Shown one piece after another: positions 49,101 through 61,055 of a DNA stretch of 64,000 nt. The notes under the pieces were generated by a model. That model worked only from the letters and a program-made list of their open reading frames with translations, made no database searches and was not told the origin of the DNA. Both the position numbers and the translations under genes were made by a program. The first letter of the stretch is position 1. Each line of letters starts with the position of its first letter. The stretch is from Balanoglossus misakiensis (Eukaryota > Animalia > Hemichordata), in assembly GCA_040954595.2 (NCBI GenBank), contig JBECUI020000029.1:62001-126000 (forward strand), given 5' to 3'.

Positions 49101-52100
49101 ATCTTACGTGCCATTGGAGAGCTCCATTGACTGGTCATTCATACTGTTTTCATTCATTCATTGCGGCATCAATATATTTTATCTATTCTAGCCAAAGAGC
49201 TTGGCACCTGTTGAAATGAACTCATCTGCTGTGGGCCAGTTTATTGGTGGCAGTTGAGCTGAGGAGAGCACCTTCCTTCCCGGCACGCCACCAAGTAAAG
49301 TTCCACGCCGCCCACCACAGATGCCAGCATTCATTCATGCGAGTGAGTGTAATTGCAAATTTGCCTATTCTAGATCTGTAATGGAAATGGAGAAAGTACC
49401 TTATATTTTCTGTAAAATAGACATTTAATTGGCAAGCCGTCCTGCATCAATTATTAATTGTGTACATGCACTAAAGCGCCCTCACTGCTGGGTGTGTTGT
49501 ATGGTCTTTAACCCTGTTTCAAATTAGAGTACTTTCTGCAATTTCAAGACAGATCTTACGTGCCATTGGAGAGCTCCATTGACTGGTCATTCATACTGTT
49601 TTCATTCATTCATTGCGGCATCAATATATTTTATCTATTCTAGCCAAAGAGCTTGGCACCTGTTGAAATGAACTCATCTGCTGTGGGCCAGTTTATTGGT
49701 GGCAGTTGAGCTGAGGAGAGCACCTTCCTTCCCGGCACGCCACCAAGTAAAGTTCCACGCCGCCCACCACAGATGCCAGCATTCATTCATGCGAGTGAGT
49801 GTAATTGCAAATTTGCCTATTCTAGATCTGTAATGGAAATGGAGAAAGTACCTTATATTTTCTGTAAAATAGACATTTAATTGGCAAGCCGTCCTGCATC
49901 AATTATTAATTGTGTACATGCACTAAAGCGCCCTCACTGCTGGGTGTGTTGTATGGTCTTTAACCCTGTTTCAAATTAGAGTACTTTCTGCAATTTCAAG
50001 ACAGATCTTACGTGCCATTGGAGAGCTCCATTGACTGGTCATTCATACTGTTTTCATTCATTCATTGCGGCATCAATATATTTTATCTATTCTAGCCAAA
50101 GAGCTTGGCACCTGTTGAAATGAACTCATCTGCTGTGGGCCAGTTTATTGGTGGCAGTTGAGCTGAGGAGAGCACCTTCCTTCCCGGCACGCCACCAAGT
50201 AAAGTTCCACGCCGCCCACCACAGATGCCAGCATTCATTCATGCGAGTGAGTGTAATTGCAAATTTGCCTATTCTAGATCTGTAATGGAAATGGAGAAAG
50301 TACCTTATATTTTCTGTAAAATAGACATTTAATTGGCAAGCCGTCCTGCATCAATTATGAATTGTGTACATGCACTAAAGCGCCCTCACTGCTGGGTGTG
50401 TTGTATGGTCTTTAACCCTGTTTCAAATTAGAGTACTTTCTGCAATTTCAAGACAGATCTTACGTGCCATTGGAGAGCTCCATTGACTGGTCATTCATAC
50501 TGTTTTCATTCATTCATTGCGGCATCAATATATTTTATCTATTCTAGCCAAAGAGCTTGGCACCTGTTGAAATGAACTCATCTGCTGTGGGCCAGTTTAT
50601 TGGTGGCAGTTGAGCTGAGAAGAGCACCTTCCTTCCCGGCACGCCACCAAGTAAAGTTCCACGCCGCCCACCACAGATGCCAGCATTCATTCATGCGAGT
50701 GAGTGTAATTGCAAATTTGCCTATTCTAGATCTGTAATGGAAATGGAGAAAGTACCTTATATTTTCTGTAAAATAGACATTTAATTGGCAAGCCGTCCTG
50801 CATCAATTATGAATTGTGTACATGCACTAAAGCGCCCTCACTGCTGGGTGTGTTGTATGGTCTTTAACCCTGTTTCAAATTAGAGTACTTTCTGCAATTT
50901 CAAGACAGATCTTACGTGCCATTGGAGAGCTCCATTGACTGGTCATTCATACTGTTTTCATTCATTCATTGCGGCATCAATATATTTTATCTATTCTAGC
51001 CAAAGAGCTTGGCACCTGTTGAAATGAACTCATCTGCTGTGGGCCAGTTTATTGGTGGCAGTTGAGCTGAGCAGAGCACCTTCCTTCCCGGCACGCCACC
51101 AAGTAAAGTTCCACGCCGCCCACCACAGATGCCAGCATTCATTCATGCGAGTGAGTGTAATTGCAAATTTGCCTATTCTAGATCTGTAATGGAAATGGAG
51201 AAAGTACCTTATATTTTCTGTAAAATAGACATTTAATTGGCAAGCCGTCCTGCATCAATTATGAATTGTGTACATGCACTAAAGCGCCCTCACTGCTGGG
51301 TGTGTTGTATGGTCTTTAACCCTGTTTCAAATTAGAGTACTTTCTGCAATTTCAAGACAGATCTTACGTGCCATTGGAGAGCTCCATTGACTGGTCATTC
51401 ATACTGTTTTCATTCATTCATTGCGGCATCAATATATTTTATCTATTCTAGCCAAAGAGCTTGGCACCTGTTGAAATGAACTCATCTGCTGTGGGCCAGT
51501 TTATTGGTGGCAGTTGAGCTGAGAAGAGCACCTTCCTTCCCGGCACGCCACCAAGTAAAGTTCCACGCCGCCCACCACAGATGCCAGCATTCATTCATGC
51601 GAGTGAGTGTAATTGCAAATTTGCCTATTCTAGATCTGTAATGGAAATGGAGAAAGTACCTTATATTTTCTGTAAAATAGACATTTAATTGGCAAGCCGT
51701 CCTGCATCAATTATGAATTGTGTACATGCACTAAAGCGCCCTCACTGCTGGGTGTGTTGTATGGTCTTTAACCCTGTTTCAAATTAGAGTACTTTCTGCA
51801 ATTTCAAGACAGATCTTACGTGCCATTGGAGAGCTCCATTGACTGGTCATTCATACTGTTTTCATTCATTCATTGCGGCATCAATATATTTTATCTATTC
51901 TAGCCAAAGAGCTTGGCACCTGTTGAAATGAACTCATCTGCTGTGGGCCAGTTTATTGGTGGCAGTTGAGCTGAGGAGAGCACCTTCCTTCCCGGCACGC
52001 CACCAAGTAAAGTTCCACGCCGCCCACCACAGATGCCAGCATTCATTCATGCGAGTGAGTGTAATTGCAAATTTGCCTATTCTAGATCTGTAATGGAAAT

Positions 52101-52897
52101 GGAGAAAGTACCTTATATTTTCTGTAAAATAGACATTTAATTGGCAAGCCGTCCTGCATCAATTATTAATTGTGTACATGCACTAAAGCGCCCTCACTGC
52201 TGGGTGTGTTGTATGGTCTTTAACCCTGTTTCAAATTAGAGTACTTTCTGCAATTTCAAGACAGATCTTACGTGCCATTGGAGAGCTCCATTGACTGGTC
52301 ATTCATACTGTTTTCATTCATTCATTGCGGCATCAATATATTTTACAGCCGAAATTATGAAAGGTCGCCGATTCAATATGTGATCTAGACGTCCTGTGTG
52401 CACTGAACACACGATGTGTTTATCTAACACAAACAACAGAACCTCTCATAAAAGAGATGCGGTATCATTAGACTAATTACAGATGGTAGTCTGGAAACAC
52501 GCTCCCCCTCAGAGAGAGTTGTTTACTTGGGTACGATGTCAAAGTTTAATCTCAAAGTGTATACGCTTTATGTTGAGAGTGTACCCAAGTAAACAACTCT
52601 CTCTGAGGGGGAGCGTGTTTCCAGACTACCATCTGTAATTAGTCTAATGATACCGCATCTCTTTTATGAGAGGTTCTGTTGTTTGTGTTAGATAAACACA
52701 TCGTGTGTTCAGTGCACACAGGACGTCTAGATCACATATTGAATCGGCGACCTTTCATAATTTCGGCTGTATCTATTCTAGCCAAAGAGCTTGGCACCTG
52801 TTGAAATGAACTCATCTGCTGTGGGCCAGTTTATTGGTGGCAGTTGAGCTGAGGAGAGCACCTTCCTTCCCGGCACGCCACCAAGTACAGTTCCACG
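28195..52897 (+). repeat. Tandem array 2: ~65 monomers (24.7 kb) between the two cassettes
   Basis: Same monomer classes as array 1, with three full higher-order blocks separated by variable runs of mostly 452-bp units. Confidence 0.98.
52346..52769. mobile_element. 424-bp palindromic MITE (Tc1/mariner-type): 189-bp TIRs, 46-bp spacer, TA target-site duplication
   Basis: Reads TA|cagccgaaattatgaaaggtcgccg...cggcgacctttcataatttcggctg|TA, with arms at 52346-52534 and 52581-52769. The empty site 'attttatctattc' is present in the other monomers. Confidence 0.96.
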
Positions 52898-54687
52898 TGC
52901 ATTCCTGGCCCTGGTTTTATTTATGTTTACAGACAATATTGCATTTTTGTACAAGTATTTTAATCAACTATAAATTTTGAATGTGTCATTTACCTGAACC
53001 GGTCATGTTGACCAGAATGATACATTTCTGCCTTCACTCACCCTATAAATATGTGATTGAGACATAGGTCATTTGCATAAGCTAACATACCAGAAAGTAA
53101 GCATATCTGTTGTTTTCCCTGTGTCACTGCCATCAAAGTAAAAATTAGACGTTGTGTAGAGCAAACTCCAATTTTTTGTTCTCAATAAACATGGATGAAT
53201 TACATAGAATGTGTTTGTTGTTTACAGTCTTTAAATGACACATTAGATTATGCACTTTACAAAACGTTTCTGAGAAACAAGTGACTAACTAGTTTCTTTC
53301 CACTGTGGCCAACGTGGTTCACTGTTTGTGTCAGAATCTCTCTGTTTTGCAAGGATTTTGAAATCATAGTGGTGACATGCATAGTGAAAATCAGCTACTT
53401 TCAAATGTCCGTCATGTTCATGCTGTAATTGAATTTTCAAAGCTGGGCTGGCGTGTTTTTTCTTATTTACATAAGTATCACACTTTATACATGTATCTTC
53501 ATGGGGTTTTTTGAGTCCCGTATTTAGGTCCTCTCTCACAATTTTACGAAATATCGTATAACTGACAGTTGTTCTTCCCAGAAGAGATTGGTTGGTTATG
53601 AACTCTCGGTGTAACTGCGATATACTGTGGGCCGGCGCCAGGTACGGTTTAAATCGAGGATTCCTGCAGTAGTGAGATTCTACAATTCTGTGCCTGCGTA
53701 CGTGTTCAGTGATATCAGTCAGCAAATTTGGATTGAGTTTCCGACGATGCCCTTTGTGTCGGCCCCTTGCATCTGGCATCAGACCAGTAAAGTTCCATGT
53801 GCATTCCTGGCCCTGGTTTTATTTATGTTTACAGACAATATTGCATTTTTGTACAAGTATTTTAATCAACTATAAATTTTGAATGTGTCATTTACCTGAA
53901 CCGGTCATGTTGACCAGAATGATACATTTCTGCCTTCACTCACCCTATAAATATGTGATTGAGACATAGGTCATTTGCATAAGCTAACATACCAGAAAGT
54001 AAGCATATCTGATGTTTTCCCTGTGTCACTGCCATCAAAGTAAAAATTAGACGTTGTGTAGAGCAAACTCCAATTTTTTGTTCTCAATAAACATGGATGA
54101 ATTACATAGAATGTGTTTGTTGTTTACAGTCTTTAAATGACACATTAGATTATGCACTTTACAAAACGTTTCTGAGAAACAAGTGACTAACTAGTTTCTT
54201 TCCACTGTGGCCAACGTGGTTCACTGTTTGTGTCAGAATCTCTCTGTTTTGCAAGGATTTTGAAATCATAGTGGTGACATGCATAGTGAAAATCAGCTAC
54301 TTTCAAATGTCCGTCATGTTCATGCTGTAATTGAATTTTCAAAGCTGGGCTGGCGTGTTTTTTCTTATTTACATAAGTATCACACTTTATACATGTATCT
54401 TCATGGGGTTTTCTGAGTCCCGTATTTAGGTCCTCTCTCACAATTTTACGAAATATCGTATAACTGACAGTTGTTCTTCCCAGAAGAGATTGGTTGGTTA
54501 TGAACTCTCGGTGTAACTGCGATATACTGTGGTCCGGCGCCAGGTACGGTTTAAATCGAGGATTCCTGCAGTAGTGAGATTCTACAATTCTGTGCCTGCG
54601 TACGTGTTCAGTGATATCAGTCAGCAAATTTGGATTGAGTTTCCGACGATGCCCTTTGTGTCGGCCCCTTGCATCTGGCATCAGACC
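52884..54687. repeat. 902-bp tandem duplication, copy 2
   Basis: ORF stops at 53285 and 54187 are 902 bp apart, with the same junction as copy 1. Confidence 0.95.
53285..53779 (-). pseudogene. 5'-truncated duplicate of the transposase N-terminal-half gene, copy 2
   Basis: Same protein as 20430-20924. Confidence 0.8.
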
Positions 54688-55143
54688 AGTTGAACAGTGC
54701 ATCATTTTGCTTAGAACGGTTCTAGTCCGCCTCTCACTAATGCCAAATAATTTCAGGAATGCATTTTTGCAGACAGTAACCGTTTCACCGCCTTCATTCA
54801 CCAGGTGATAACGAACCGATTTCTTGTGTGACTTCATCTGCATATCCATCAGTTTGTAGAGCATCAAGTTCTGTTCATTATACACGCGACCATCAAAATA
54901 TTTTCTCGTGGTGCCTAAAACATGCGTACTCCCAAGCTTCCGCAGACAATTCCCTTGAACGCAGGCGCATTCCAAGGAAAGACTGTCAATATCTGGAAAA
55001 GGGCGATTTTTCCTTGGTTTTTGTCTCGGACACGTCTTTTTAGAATTCCTACGTGGCTTGTTGGCTCGAGCTGACAGTTCGGTTCTGCGTTGCTGCCACA
55101 CAGGAATGGGTTCCCACGCATAAGCAACTCCCCGGCAGGCCAT
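54187..55143 (-). CDS. Sola1-like transposase N-terminal half, copy 2
   Basis: Identical to 21332-22288 except CMRK to CLRK. Confidence 0.75.
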   Translation of the reverse strand: MACRGVAYAWEPIPVWQQRRTELSARANKPRRNSKKTCPRQKPRKNRPFPDIDSLSLECACVQGNCLRKLGSTHVLGTTRKYFDGRVYNEQNLMLYKLMDMQMKSHKKSVRYHLVNEGGETVTVCKNAFLKLFGISERRTRTVLSKMMHCSTGLMPDARGRHKGHRRKLNPNLLTDITEHVRRHRIVESHYCRNPRFKPYLAPDHSISQLHREFITNQSLLGRTTVSYTIFRKIVREDLNTGLRKPHEDTCIKCDTYVNKKKHASPALKIQLQHEHDGHLKVADFHYACHHYDFKILAKQRDSDTNSEPRWPQWKETS

Positions 55144-55190
55144 GGTCACAGCTGAAGTATTTGTTCAAGTACTGACTGACTAAACGCGGC

Positions 55191-56324
55191 ATGGAACAAA
55201 CGAACGAACGACTTCACGTTCGGAAAAAAAATCGTTGCGAGCTGTTGGGTGCATGCCTCTATAGTTGTCGGCAACCGTTCTTTTTTATTGCTAAACAATG
55301 CTGTCAGAGCATGGAAGGTGTGGTGGAAAACGAACAGAGGTTTTGTACGACCAACGATTGGATGGTGCTACATATGGACTTCCACAAGTCATTGCCGGTT
55401 CCTAAACTCAGCTCTGAAGACTTTTACTTTAAATCGAAATTGCAAATGAAGCTCCTTGGAATTTACAACGGGACAACGGAAAAGATGCATTGTTATGTAT
55501 GGACAGAGCTCGATAGCAGAAAGTCTCCCGATGAAGTTATTACCTGTCTAAATCACTTTTTTTATAACTCGGGTGTGACCAGCAGACATGCAGTTATTTA
55601 CAGCGACAACTGCCGTGCCGAATTCAAGTGTGGGAAGTTAATGTTTTACTATGACTATCTGTTACGAAAGGGCGTGTTTCGACGAATTGACTATAAAACT
55701 CTTGTGGCTGGACACACGTACTCCACCTGTGACCGAGTTTTTGCGTCCATTGAAAGGCATGCAAGTCGTTTCCAGAGTATAGAGACACCTCACGATTGGA
55801 CATCTGTGATTCGAGGATCTTCTCTGAATGGGAACATTGGAGTTACGGAGATGACTCACAGAGACTTTTTCAATTATTCTGATTTCCTGAAAAATGAGTA
55901 CGTTGTGCGTTATGCAGATACAAACAATGTAACTTTTTACTACCAAGCCATGCACTATTTTAATTTTGGAGAAGGAGAAAGGCTTGATACCGACGGCAAC
56001 CTCAGAACATTTAGTCATGCAGATAAAGTTTGGGTGAGAACATCTCTAGATCCAAGCGAGACCCCGATTGTAGTCGACTTTAGAAAGAAGAAGCAGAACC
56101 GGCGTTTACAAGATTGTACGCTGAACAAACTTTATCAGGAACGTCGACCACTGGCGAGCAAAGTTTGGCGGGATCTTCAGAGTTTAGCCAAAAATTACCT
56201 GTCTCCGGAGGCAATAGAATTTTATAGGAATCTACCGCTTCAGGAGAGTAGTGGCACCTCTGCAGACCCGTACGCCTTTCATGATGATGACGACGACGAT
56301 GATGATGATATGGGCGGTGGTTGA
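55191..56324 (+). CDS. Sola1-like DDD transposase catalytic half, copy 2
   Basis: Protein identical to 22336-23469. Confidence 0.82.
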   Translation: MEQTNERLHVRKKNRCELLGACLYSCRQPFFFIAKQCCQSMEGVVENEQRFCTTNDWMVLHMDFHKSLPVPKLSSEDFYFKSKLQMKLLGIYNGTTEKMHCYVWTELDSRKSPDEVITCLNHFFYNSGVTSRHAVIYSDNCRAEFKCGKLMFYYDYLLRKGVFRRIDYKTLVAGHTYSTCDRVFASIERHASRFQSIETPHDWTSVIRGSSLNGNIGVTEMTHRDFFNYSDFLKNEYVVRYADTNNVTFYYQAMHYFNFGEGERLDTDGNLRTFSHADKVWVRTSLDPSETPIVVDFRKKKQNRRLQDCTLNKLYQERRPLASKVWRDLQSLAKNYLSPEAIEFYRNLPLQESSGTSADPYAFHDDDDDDDDDMGGG

Positions 56325-56823
56325 ATAAACTGTCCTTTTCATGACGACAGTGATTTTGGATATTTGATGTGCGTGCACAGTTTATATGTAATATTTTCAC
56401 ACGAACGAGTTTTGACTGAATTTGATTAAAGAATGTACTCGATAATTAACAAATGTGCTGAATCGTGGTTATTATGTTGTTAATTTTTGTTTGTTTGTTT
56501 GTTTGTTTGTTTGTTTGTTTGTTTGTAAACAATTTCCGTTCATTCAACTGGCTACAAAGTTGGATTTTTGTACTGGGAAGCGATAAACTCGCACATCAAA
56601 ACCGGGGAGACTCGATCATTTTTCCCTGCAGGTAGCCTGAAAAGCACCCGGGCAGAGATTACGTCATATATGGTCCACTTTAATACGAAATTATGCAAAT
56701 GTGACATTTCACGGAAACGGCGTATATAAAAGCGACCCTGGGCTATTGTTCGGAATGCGTCATCGACGAGAGAGTGACTGATAATTCTTCTACCTCGAGT
56801 CAACCATTCTGTATATACTGAAC

Positions 56824-58164
56824 ATGGCTAGCTGGCGCAGGAAGAGACAAGGCAATGTGCGGTCTGTAATCAACGAACGGCACCGCTCAGTTCAGTGTCC
56901 CTTTCTTCAAAAGTGGATCGGTGAGCAATTGGTATTTTCAGGTCGTTCAGAGGATGAAGTCCAGTCCAGTACTGTATTTGAGAGCTACAAATGTTGGGTT
57001 GAAAACTATTCGTCGGCGGACAATCAAGTAATGATTATGGTTACTAAAGCTCGATTTTTCAAGGTGAGAATGATCGCATTTTTCTTTCCCCCCCCCCCCT
57101 CCCTCCCTCCCTCCCTCCCCCAAGGGACTCGTTTTCTGTCTCTTTTAAACCTGTAACTTAACGAAAAGGAAGTTTTTCACATATCTCTTCGTTGACACTA
57201 TAGCAATTTGGAGCGCGGATGCTTCAAGAGAAGAGCGTTACCAAATCAAAGTCGGCCGGGGTTAATATTTATAGAGGTGTTCGTCTGAAAGCTGGTTCGC
57301 GAAGAATCTCAACGGGGAAACCTGAGCACAGTGTACTTCAGACCAGGGCAAGGGCATTTCTTGATGACGCCAGCGTGACCGTTCCGATCGAGGTAAGAAT
57401 GGTGTTTTGTTTGGACTAGGACAATAGAACGTTGCAATGAGTGTGTCAATGGGTGTCCAAGTGCAAACGTGGTCTGCTTCTGTCCACAAATGCCATTAAT
57501 TTTTGGCAGGATTTATAAAATTGTCAATGAAGAATACAAAAATGAAAAACAACAGTTAATAGCAAACTGGTAGGATTGCAAGGGCTTGTAAAACGGTACA
57601 CACTGTACCAGGAAGTTTGCAACACTAATGAAGAATGTATATGATATATTTAGGTGAGAACTGTTCGCGATCGCCGGGACGCAGGACGGTGCGCGTTTTC
57701 GACGAGGGATATTCAAGCCTGGGACGTCGTCTGCGAATACCGGGGCACGGTTATTAGCGTTGAAGAAGCTAGTCGGCGTGATGAGCTTTACAGGGCAGAG
57801 GGGAAACGACCACGCATGTTCCATCTCTACATTGGAAAGAGACACGTTGTGTGAGTGTATCACTTAGTCGAATATATGGTCATATATTGCAAAGCATCTG
57901 TCGAAATAGAAAACGTAATATTGTCTATATTTTCCTCATTAACGCAGCATTGACGGATACGATGTCCCAGCCGGTGAAGAAAATTTAGCAGGCCTAATAA
58001 ATCACAGTCAGCAGAACGCCAACTTGGTACCGGTTCGGATCGGAGAGCGCCTGGTTTTCTTTGCAACCAGGAATCTTTGTCAGGGAGTAGAGCTTTTGTA
58101 TGATTACGGTGACGGGGGTGAAGAGGATTTCTTCAGTGGTTCTCAAACTTTTCCTGAAAATTAA
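56824..58164 (+). CDS. Winged-helix plus SETD8-like SET protein, copy 2; exons 56824-57063, 57204-57392, 57654-57850, 57948-58164
   Basis: Same exons and splice sites as copy 1. The 3-bp length difference falls in the C-rich tract of intron 1. Confidence 0.88.
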
Positions 58165-59070
58165 GGCATTAACACATCAACGCTTCGGGGTGTCGTAACG
58201 GCGGCGCGGCGGGGGGGGGGGGGGGGACGTGAAAATGTTTGTATCAGGAACAAAATTCCCGTGCAAATCACCTTGATCCGGGTGGGTGGACTATTCGCGA
58301 CAAATGTTGAAATCATACAAAGCATTTTACTTAATTAACCCATTTTTTTCATTTATTTGTTTACAGTTTACAACGTCATAGAGAAGTTGAACTAGAGACT
58401 GGATCAGCGTGGGTGACACCATAGTACACCAATGTTTTCTTCAGTTTGATTCAATTGTAATTTAAAACTGAGATTGCCTAACGCTTTCCCAGATTTTTTT
58501 AACCACTGAGAAACTGTGGGTTTTTTTCTGGGTTTTGGTGCGAGGTGATCTCAGTCAGTGGTGTTAATTTAATTAATCATTTTCTTTTCCTATTTACGTC
58601 GACTGAAATGTATTTTGATAGGTGATAGTCATACCATAAAAAAAATCTTACGGCGCGACTGCCAAAATGTACATTTATTTGTCCGTTCCAAGTTATTTTG
58701 TGTATGTGTGATGGGTGCCGGTGACTGTGCAGGGTTGATTTCCCTAGAGCGACTGTTATATTCGTTTTCCAACGATGATGAATTTACATGTTATTTGCTT
58801 GGCATTTTGACGCAGAGACACTTCTGAAAACACAAACCTATTAATTATGCCACGGGTGTAAATTGATCACATTAAAAGAGGCTTTAGACGTTTGCCGCGA
58901 GCTCCTGGTGGGCAGAATCTTGTCAGCCCAAATTTGACTATAAGTACATAGCCAATGATGTGACGCTCTCCCACATCCTTCGCCGCGCCTTTTCGCTGAT
59001 TTACAGCATCTTGCGTAAACACTGTCATTTGATCTTGCTTGGCAGAAGTCAACTTGCTCTATACTACATT

Positions 59071-59436
59071 ATGGCGGCCAAGCTCAACTGCATATCAGAT
59101 AATGCCAAGGAGCGTTTGAGAGGCATCCTCGCCAGAAGGAGTCGCGTTTCCGGTGACTGTGTGCTCTGGACGGGTGCAGCTTGTCGAAACGGCTATGGCT
59201 CTATTACGTTCAGAGATGAGAACACTCTAACCGCCTATGTCCATCACATTGCACTCCTAATTAACGGAGTGCAATTGGTGGGCAGGCGGTTAGAGTGTTC
59301 TCATCTTTGCAACGAAAAGCTATGCATCCGCCCAGAGCACATTGTCCAGGAAACGCGACTCCTAAACATTTCACGAAAGACGTGCTTTAAATCCCCAAAA
59401 GGGGAGTGTCACCACGATCCCAGGTGCCTAAGGTGA
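59071..59436 (+). CDS. His-Cys box endonuclease, copy 2
   Basis: Protein identical to 26210-26575. Confidence 0.88.
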   Translation: MAAKLNCISDNAKERLRGILARRSRVSGDCVLWTGAACRNGYGSITFRDENTLTAYVHHIALLINGVQLVGRRLECSHLCNEKLCIRPEHIVQETRLLNISRKTCFKSPKGECHHDPRCLR

Positions 59437-60344
59437 GTAATCCTCTTCTCATTTGATATGTATTGTGTGACCCTGCAGTTGAAACGCTTTCATCAATAAT
59501 TTGCGGCGCGTGGGTAATCTCGGTGTTATTGACAATGCAGCCGGCCCAAACATTTTTAAATTAACACTGTTTCTGACTGTATTAACGAAATGTCCAATTT
59601 GCAAGTAGCCTATAGACAACCCTTTTGAATGAGTTTTGTCTCGTTGAGATTTTATACATAAGGAACAATCTAGATTTATTTTAGAAGACACTGTTCTTTT
59701 AAAACAGCTAGCATAATACAGCTAAATTTCGGAATTTCCGGACAATTTTCGGAATTCCTTTTAAATTTGAGAAATTTTTCATCAGATATAAGTGTTACTA
59801 TTTATTGGACATGTTTTTATCATTGTTTACTTTTTAAGGTCATTCTCACCCCCCCCCCCCCAAAAAAAGCCGCTTTAGGCTTCATGTTCAGTAAAAAATC
59901 TGGAAAGTTCAGCTGAATTTTACACTGATCACACATTTTTGGGAAGGTCTGGCGCAAAATAAAGGATGACAAATGTAAATCTAATGTCACATTTGTAAAC
60001 CTCTAAGTATTGTACACTCATTCTATTAAGTATATGCAAATAGTACGGATAATTTTTTCGGAATGTGGAATTCCGAAATTAGTTCGGAACGTGTTAGCAG
60101 TGAAGAGATCACCACTGAGGGTTGGAAGGCCTTGCCAGAAATTAACGCGTAAAGTACGCCCTCACAGGCCATGTAAACAAGGTCAAATAAGGCCGTCTGG
60201 CAAACGAATGATTAATTCAACGCGCCATTTGAGCCGAGCTGAGTTGGTCTGAGTTGCGTATCACACAGACTTAGGCTGAATGTCAGTGGAGTAACCAGTC
60301 CGTTTTAGATTTACCAATGATGTGAATTTAATTTCTTCACCCAG

Positions 60345-60751
60345 AAAAACAGAACACAACTTGTCTGCAACATGATGCTGGAGGTGACACATGACAGAGA
60401 AGTGGATCCGCGTTGTCAACACAGATGCCAGCATTCAAAAGGGGAGTGCCACCTGCTAAAATCAACTCATCTGCTGTTGGCCCATTTTACCTGTGGCAAC
60501 TGTTCAGAGGAGACAACGTTTATTCCGTGCAAGCCAACACGCAATGTTGGGGTCTACCTGTCAACACAGATGCAAGCATTCATGTGAGTGAGTATCAGGA
60601 CTGACCTTGTATTTGCTGAATAATTCATAATGCCTATTTTAGAATTCTTAGAGGCATTTGGAGTTCATTGCCTGGTCAACCAAACTACACCCCTTAACAG
60701 CTGAAACAAAATGCGTATTGTGTTCATTCATTCATTGCATCAATATATATA
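60345..60751 (+). repeat. Diverged progenitor-like monomer copies, copy 2
   Basis: Same sequence as 27484-27890 at an offset of 32,861. Confidence 0.85.
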
Positions 60752-61012
60752 GGCAACATGAGTATCAAGTAGCACTATTTGTTTACGATTGTATTCATGA
60801 AAACTTCCCACTAACAATTCCACAGTTAATATTGAACACATTTATCCAACAAGGTCAAAAGAAAAAGGGAATCTTCTGGTTCCAAAATACGCCACAAATG
60901 TGGGTCAACATACAGTGAAATATTATGGTGCTCAAATATGCAACATATCAAATCTGTCTCATCAAAGTCATGCTTTAAAAAAGAATTGAAAAGGTATTAT
61001 TTATCCATTTGA
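60736..61012 (+). pseudogene. LINE ORF2 3' relic, copy 2
   Basis: Same sequence as 27875-28151. Confidence 0.75.
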
Positions 61013-61055
61013 CTGCTGTATTTTCAGAAGGAAAACAAACTGAATTTGGTTTTTC

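Larger units (their letters stand above)
52898..61055. mobile_element. Gene cassette copy 2, near-identical to copy 1
   Basis: Same junction positions and ORFs. The only differences I saw were a few SNPs and poly-C/poly-G tract lengths. Confidence 0.75.

Noticed and set aside
52898-61055. Second cassette as a pure assembly duplication
   Set aside because: The copies differ by SNPs, by the adjacent MITE and by flanking monomer order. Homopolymer differences alone could be sequencing errors.
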